Of a stretch of DNA of 64,000 nt, positions 58,994 to 64,000 are shown in pieces; within the stretch, counting starts at the first letter, position 1, and the number at the start of each line of letters is the position of its first letter. The stretch covers positions 416,001 to 480,000 of the forward strand of contig CAVTRC010000001.1 in the NCBI GenBank assembly GCA_963737065.1, written 5' to 3'. A program made the position numbers and the translations under genes. The notes beneath the pieces were generated by a model, which was not told where the DNA came from, did no database searches, and worked only from the letters and a program-made list of their open reading frames with translations. Origin of the DNA: Candidatus Eremiobacteria bacterium (lineage in GTDB: Bacteria > Vulcanimicrobiota > Vulcanimicrobiia > Vulcanimicrobiales > Vulcanimicrobiaceae).

Positions 58994-59055
58994 CCATCAG
59001 AGAACCGAAAGCAGGCAGCCGAGCCGAAACCACCTCCGACCGACCTGATCGACGA

Positions 59056-60447
59056 TTACGCATGGATCAGATCGCTGACGCGCCGGCAACCCATCTGAAG
59101 AACTCCGCCGTACGGCGCAAGCGGTCGAGGCGGGCATCGTCCCCTGTACAAGAGGCGTTCGCCTGCCGTCATCCGGTCAAGCCACGCAAACGCAGCATCG
59201 GTCTGGTGCTCGGCGGCAAGAGTGCCCGCAAAAGAAATCAATGTCAGCGGGTCGGATACGACGCGCTCGCGCCGCACGATCGACCGGGCGTGCTCGAGAT
59301 CCGACTGTCCGGTTCGCTCGTCGCCTCGCCGTATTTCGAGATAACTGAGGAGTGCGTATGCGCCTAACGCGTCGTTTGGATGCGCTCGCACGAGCAGTCG
59401 TGCATCGGCCGCCGAACGGGACGGGGCAGTCACGGCTTCGCTTAGTGCCCGCACGAATCTCGCGTACGCGTCATCCGGCGCCAATTCTAATGACTCCGAC
59501 GCGATGGCGTCGGCGCGTTGGTAATCGCGCCTGAGATATGCCAGGAGCGCCAAGTTGTCGCCGGGCTCGGACCACGCGGAGTTCTGCGCTTGCGCAGCTT
59601 CGAACTGTGCGCGTGCTTCGTGCGCTCTTCCTCGTGCGAAGAGGAACGCGCCGTACCACGTCCGTGCCTCCACGGATTGTGGATCGAGCGCGACGGCCTT
59701 ACGGAACTCTGCTTCCGCGCGCAGTGGATCGCCGAACTCAACGTCGGCCTGTGCCAGCGCCGCGTGGCCGTCGGCAATCGAATCATCGAGCGCGATTGCG
59801 CGGCGCGCTTCGATAAGGGCGGTTCTCGCGTCAACGGATGCCTGTACCGGATCGCTTTCGCGCAGTGCGAGGCTGATGAGCGCATAGGCGAGTCCCGCAT
59901 GCGCAGCGGCATTGCCGGGTGCACGATGGAGCGCGCTGCGAAACTCGGCGATGCTCTTCTCTACGTCGTCCGTGCTCTTCGCGAGGAACCACGTCGTGTA
60001 CGCGCGCTGGACCAATATCGACTCGGCAGTCGAATCGTGCCGGATTTGAGATGCGGCGAAAATGACGACGAATGCGAGAGCGACCGCCCCGAGAGCGAAT
60101 GGTGCTTTTGGCAAGGGGTGAACGTTATTTACCGTGGCATCCGAAGTTACGGGAATCACCAAGCGGTAACCGCGCCGCGGAACCGTCTCGATTCGAACGG
60201 TGGCGTCGGCATCTTCAAACGCGCGCCGCAACCGAAAGATTACATGGATAAGGTTGCCCTCTTCAACCGGCGCATCGCCCCATACGGCTTCGATCAACCG
60301 TTGCTTCGACACGACGGCGTTCGGCGTGCGGAGCAAAACCTCCAATACGTCGATCGCTTTAGGGGGAAGCGCAATGATACGGCCATCACAGCGCAGCACG
60401 CGCTCGTTCACGCTCAGCAGGTAACGCGAAAACGCGATGGCGTCCAC
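59056..60447 (-). CDS. Winged-helix (OmpR/CadC-like) + TM + TPR regulator; probable frameshift near the C-terminus
   Basis: LPPKA..VL..L, VEEGNL, IETVPRRGYR; TPR repeats. Confidence 0.85.
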   Translation of the reverse strand: MDAIAFSRYLLSVNERVLRCDGRIIALPPKAIDVLEVLLRTPNAVVSKQRLIEAVWGDAPVEEGNLIHVIFRLRRAFEDADATVRIETVPRRGYRLVIPVTSDATVNNVHPLPKAPFALGAVALAFVVIFAASQIRHDSTAESILVQRAYTTWFLAKSTDDVEKSIAEFRSALHRAPGNAAAHAGLAYALISLALRESDPVQASVDARTALIEARRAIALDDSIADGHAALAQADVEFGDPLRAEAEFRKAVALDPQSVEARTWYGAFLFARGRAHEARAQFEAAQAQNSAWSEPGDNLALLAYLRRDYQRADAIASESLELAPDDAYARFVRALSEAVTAPSRSAADARLLVRAHPNDALGAYALLSYLEIRRGDERTGQSDLEHARSIVRRERVVSDPLTLISFAGTLAAEHQTDAAFAWLDRMTAGERLLYRGRCPPRPLAPYGGVLQMGCRRVSDLIHA

Positions 60448-60535
60448 GTAGCACCTCCATACCGCGACGCTGCGCTAAGGATTTCGTCAGAGTTTGTTCA
60501 TGACATTTCGTCGCGCATGTCGGCAAAATAGTGGC

Positions 60536-61198
60536 ATGCGTGTGCCCTTCATGATTCTCGCGTTGAGCGCCGTACTCGCCGGCTGCGGAGGCGGCGGAAC
60601 GACGACACCGAATCCGCGTTCGACCATTACGCCGCCGTCCACCGGCACACCGGGTCCGACGCCGGCGGCGGTGGTCTATCAGCCGCTCAGCGTCGGCGAC
60701 CAATGGACCTACGCCTGTGGGCTTCGCGGCCAACCGAGCACGTTTACTATTACGCATAGCGTCACGTCTACCGTGACGGTCAATGGCCAACTCACCTACG
60801 CGTTCGCGCTGCAGATTCCGTCGTCGCCGTCGCAGATCGCGACTGAAACGATGCTGCTTGCAAACGATACGCAAGGCAATCTGATCCTCTACGGTTACCT
60901 CGGCGACAACGGCGCGGTTCAAGCGATCGCGCCGACGGTCATCGCGCCGCAGAATCCGGTCGCGGGCACAAACTATAACTACCCCGCACCGGACGGATCG
61001 ATAATAACGCGCGTGTTTGAAACGTTTACGGCGACGAACCCGACGCCGTATGGAGGCGTGTATCCGCGCGTCGCCGTGTACGACGAAAGCGGTGGAACTC
61101 ACAATTACGGTTACGCGCCCGGCGTAGGAATAGCCGAAGAAGATCACGGACCGAATCTCGAATACGATTGCCTCATCTCGGGACTCGTCTTGAAATAA
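60536..61198 (+). CDS. Hypothetical lipoprotein
   Basis: LAGC lipobox, Pro/Thr linker, YQPLSVGDQWTY...YAPGVG. Confidence 0.75.
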   Translation: MRVPFMILALSAVLAGCGGGGTTTPNPRSTITPPSTGTPGPTPAAVVYQPLSVGDQWTYACGLRGQPSTFTITHSVTSTVTVNGQLTYAFALQIPSSPSQIATETMLLANDTQGNLILYGYLGDNGAVQAIAPTVIAPQNPVAGTNYNYPAPDGSIITRVFETFTATNPTPYGGVYPRVAVYDESGGTHNYGYAPGVGIAEEDHGPNLEYDCLISGLVLK

Positions 61199-61204
61199 GC
61201 ACGC

Positions 61205-62464
61205 ATGAAAATTCATCCGAGATTCTTGCTTGTTAGCGCACTTCTGCTTTCCGCGTGCGATAGCGGGAACACGAATGTCCCGGCGTCCACGGCAGCACCC
61301 GCGTCAACGCCCACGCCGCCCGGCGAGCGGTTCGACGAGACCATAAATCGCGCGTATATTGACAACTGGGGTGTCGAGCTCGGCGTTTACGAAAACGGTG
61401 AACCGTATTACGTTCACGGATACGGACTTCGCGATCGAGGTCTTCCCGATTCATTCTACGGGCCCGGCGTATGGAAGATTCCTCAGCCCGACGTCGTCTT
61501 GAACCTTCCTCGCGGAAGATTTGCGCCAGATGCCGGTACAATCTTCGACATCGGTTCGATCAGTAAAGAATTCACCGCAGCTGCGATTTTGTTGCTACAA
61601 CAAGACGGCAAACTTTCGGTCAACGATTCCGTTGCGCGCTATTTCCCGAGCCTTCCGGGCGCCTCGCAGCTGACCCTCGTGAACCTGCTGCAGCATTCGA
61701 GCGGCTACGTGGACTACAACAACTTCTTTGGGTACCCGGACTTCTCGCCGGCATACGAAGCGTTCATGCAAAGCGGCCAGGCGAACTACCAGCCCATCGT
61801 CGACCGTTTATCTGCATTTCCGCTGCAATTCGCGCCGGGATCACAATACTCGTACAGCAACACGAACTACCTGCTGCTCGGAATGATCGTGGCGCGCGTG
61901 AGCGGAGAGCCGCTCGCGCAGTTTTTAGAGCAGCGGATATTTCGTCCGCTCGGGATGGCGAGCACGCATCAGGGATATCCCTCGCAAGGCACGACGGATT
62001 TCGCGCTCGGGTACTACGACAACAACGGCGTTGAACAACGCACGTATCAGTGGAACCTCGCCTGGCTTGCAGGACCCGGCGGAATCACCTCCACCGTTAC
62101 CGATCTCGAGAAGTGGGACGAGGCCGCTCGTCGCCCGGGGCTGCTTACCTCGGCATCCCTTGCGCAGATGTTTGCTCCAGGACCGTACCCGCAGTCGTAC
62201 GGCACGTACGCGTTCGGCTGGATCGTTGCAACGCTGGCTGGCCATTCATACATCTGGCACGATGGCGCCATCGGCGGGTTCGTTTCCATGAACGCGACGT
62301 TTCCGAACGATCGCGTCGATATCATCGTGCTCGTGAACAATGCAGCCGCCGAAGATCCGTACGACGTGATTCCCGCGCTTTTCGACGCAGCGTCACCCGC
62401 TTCGACCAACAACGCAGAGCCTACGTTAAGATCTCTTTCAGCCGGTCCGCATCGCGTGCCCTGA
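61205..62464 (+). CDS. Serine hydrolase lipoprotein
   Basis: LSAC lipobox; SISK, YSN, HDG. Confidence 0.88.
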   Translation: MKIHPRFLLVSALLLSACDSGNTNVPASTAAPASTPTPPGERFDETINRAYIDNWGVELGVYENGEPYYVHGYGLRDRGLPDSFYGPGVWKIPQPDVVLNLPRGRFAPDAGTIFDIGSISKEFTAAAILLLQQDGKLSVNDSVARYFPSLPGASQLTLVNLLQHSSGYVDYNNFFGYPDFSPAYEAFMQSGQANYQPIVDRLSAFPLQFAPGSQYSYSNTNYLLLGMIVARVSGEPLAQFLEQRIFRPLGMASTHQGYPSQGTTDFALGYYDNNGVEQRTYQWNLAWLAGPGGITSTVTDLEKWDEAARRPGLLTSASLAQMFAPGPYPQSYGTYAFGWIVATLAGHSYIWHDGAIGGFVSMNATFPNDRVDIIVLVNNAAAEDPYDVIPALFDAASPASTNNAEPTLRSLSAGPHRVP

Positions 62465-63557
62465 CGAGTTCCATCGCGATGCGTTCGCCTACGGATACGT
62501 CGCGGCCCCAGCGATAGGCGGAGTACGGCGTGTATCGCGTCCCGGGTGAGCCGGGTATGCGCAGCGAGACGTCGTAGCAGACGAAATCCTTGGGCGGCCC
62601 GGCGACGATGACGCATTGCAGTGCGAATGGACCGATGACGCCGGGCAGATGTGCTTCGCGCGCGGCCTTGACGAAGCGTTCGCCCATCTCAAACGCTTTT
62701 TCCAACATCGATTCGGTCAGCGTCGCAGCGATATGGCCGGCTTCTTCCAAGCGCATCGGCACGCTTCGCAGCGCGTCAAGCACGGCGGGCGGAACGTTGC
62801 GAAAGCCTTCGAGGTTCGTTTGCCGTCGCGTATCGGTTCCCATCAACTCGAGTTCGCCGAACATCGGCGAATAGAAAAAATTTAAGTTGATCGATGGGCC
62901 GAGCAGATATTCTTCGATGACTGCTTCGCTTAAGCCGGCCGGGGTCAACATCCCCGCTTCGATCAGCCGGGTCGCGGTCGCGCGATACTCCTGCATCGAC
63001 GATGCGAGAAAGAACATGCGCTCGAAACTCACCTTCGCGTGCGGCGCCTTCACCATGACCAACCGATCGATGTCGTCCGGTGAGGCAAACTGTTTAGGAT
63101 AGCGGATATCTGCACGGTGCATCAGCGCATATTGATTCGCCGCCTCATCGCGTTCTTCAGCACGCAATAGGAAACGATTGCCGAAAAATGGTACGCGCAT
63201 ACCGCGTTCGATTTCGTCATAGCTGTGCTTCTGATGCAAGTACACTTCGAACGACCGGTTTGGAACGAACACGACGTTCGCCTCGCGCAACCGTTGCTGC
63301 ACATCATCGCGCAGTATATCGGGAAATTCATGCAATTCGATCACGTCGTCAACGCATCCGCGCGGCACCGGCGATTCTTTGCGACGAAAGTGCTCCGTAT
63401 ACGTGCGTTCACGTCGGTTTGCCGTAATAACGAGATTCCGCACGCCCTGCGCGCGCGCTCCATAGGCGACTTCGAGCGCCGAATGACTTCCGATCGAAGC
63501 GAGCGTCAAGCGCGAGCGGTCGTACGACGCGAGCGCTTCAGAGACGTAGTCGAGCAC
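62421..63557 (-). CDS. purP: Archaeal-type PurP-like FAICAR synthetase (ATP-grasp, DUF1246/DUF1297)
   Basis: SIGSHSAL, FVPNRSF, FGNR..LR.EER, GH......ES.LEK, PGVIGPFALQ, DVS.R. Confidence 0.82.
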   Translation of the reverse strand: MLDYVSEALASYDRSRLTLASIGSHSALEVAYGARAQGVRNLVITANRRERTYTEHFRRKESPVPRGCVDDVIELHEFPDILRDDVQQRLREANVVFVPNRSFEVYLHQKHSYDEIERGMRVPFFGNRFLLRAEERDEAANQYALMHRADIRYPKQFASPDDIDRLVMVKAPHAKVSFERMFFLASSMQEYRATATRLIEAGMLTPAGLSEAVIEEYLLGPSINLNFFYSPMFGELELMGTDTRRQTNLEGFRNVPPAVLDALRSVPMRLEEAGHIAATLTESMLEKAFEMGERFVKAAREAHLPGVIGPFALQCVIVAGPPKDFVCYDVSLRIPGSPGTRYTPYSAYRWGRDVSVGERIAMELVRARDADRLKEILT

Positions 63558-63566
63558 GAGGCGGGG

Positions 63567-64000
63567 TTACTCTCCAACACGTACCTTTCCCGCCAGTTTT
63601 CGCCAGACAACCACGGTGTACACAATGACGATCGCCATGCCGACGACCGCGACGCCGAGCGCGCTTGCAAGTGCAACCGCGGACGGCGAAACGGTGAATA
63701 TCGAGAGACTATTGCGGCCGTCGGGAAACCCGCGGACGAGATTCGGGTACATCGTCGCCGCCGCAACGCCGAGCAATAGCGCGATGAAGGCCGATGACGC
63801 GATGAAGGTTGCAAGCTCGGTGCGCCGTCTCGCGAGGAATACGACCGAGACGAACGCTGCGGCGGCAAGAACCCCGAGCGCGTCGATCCACGGATTGAAG
63901 AGCGCATCGGGACGGATGACGAACGTTCCAACCGTTACGGCAATAAAGAGTACGAGCGTCATCGCCCAAAGGCGCGGCAGCGTTGCGCGCGCACGTTCGG
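63567..64000 (-). CDS. cydB: Cytochrome bd oxidase subunit II, 3' part (partial)
   Basis: AF.ASS, MYPNL...SLSI, IVIVYT.VVWRKLAGKV C-terminus. Confidence 0.75.
   Translation of the reverse strand, partial: ERARATLPRLWAMTLVLFIAVTVGTFVIRPDALFNPWIDALGVLAAAAFVSVVFLARRRTELATFIASSAFIALLLGVAAATMYPNLVRGFPDGRNSLSIFTVSPSAVALASALGVAVVGMAIVIVYTVVVWRKLAGKVRVGE

Overview
GC-rich bacterial chromosomal window with about 60 densely packed genes. I saw no rRNA, tRNA, transposase or CRISPR array. The many orphan peptide-binding proteins, S53 lipoproteases and serine hydrolases are reminiscent of Ca. Eremiobacterota/Vulcanimicrobiota (inference only). Contents in order: a ferritin-like stress pair; an actinobacterial-type bc:aa3 respiratory cluster without qcrC; a likely unannotated selenoprotein; a peptide-catabolism cluster; tsaD; a hom-metY-metX methionine operon; NRAMP and Mn-catalase; scattered purine genes (GNAT-purN fusion, purM, purF, purD, guaA, archaeal-type purP); pepA; panB; an SOS-boxed radical SAM gene; tpx; a zinc-ribbon gene followed by a triplicated multi-hairpin element; and a partial cydB. 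The most notable non-obvious signal is a leaderless Met/Cys-rich 27-aa leader peptide with mutually exclusive terminator/antiterminator pairing upstream of the methionine operon. Others are an in-frame UGA with a SECIS-like hairpin, a cytochrome-c-less respiratory cluster and a recurring GGGTA promoter motif. Two apparent single-base frameshifts suggest possible assembly indels, which tempers fusion and pseudogene calls.
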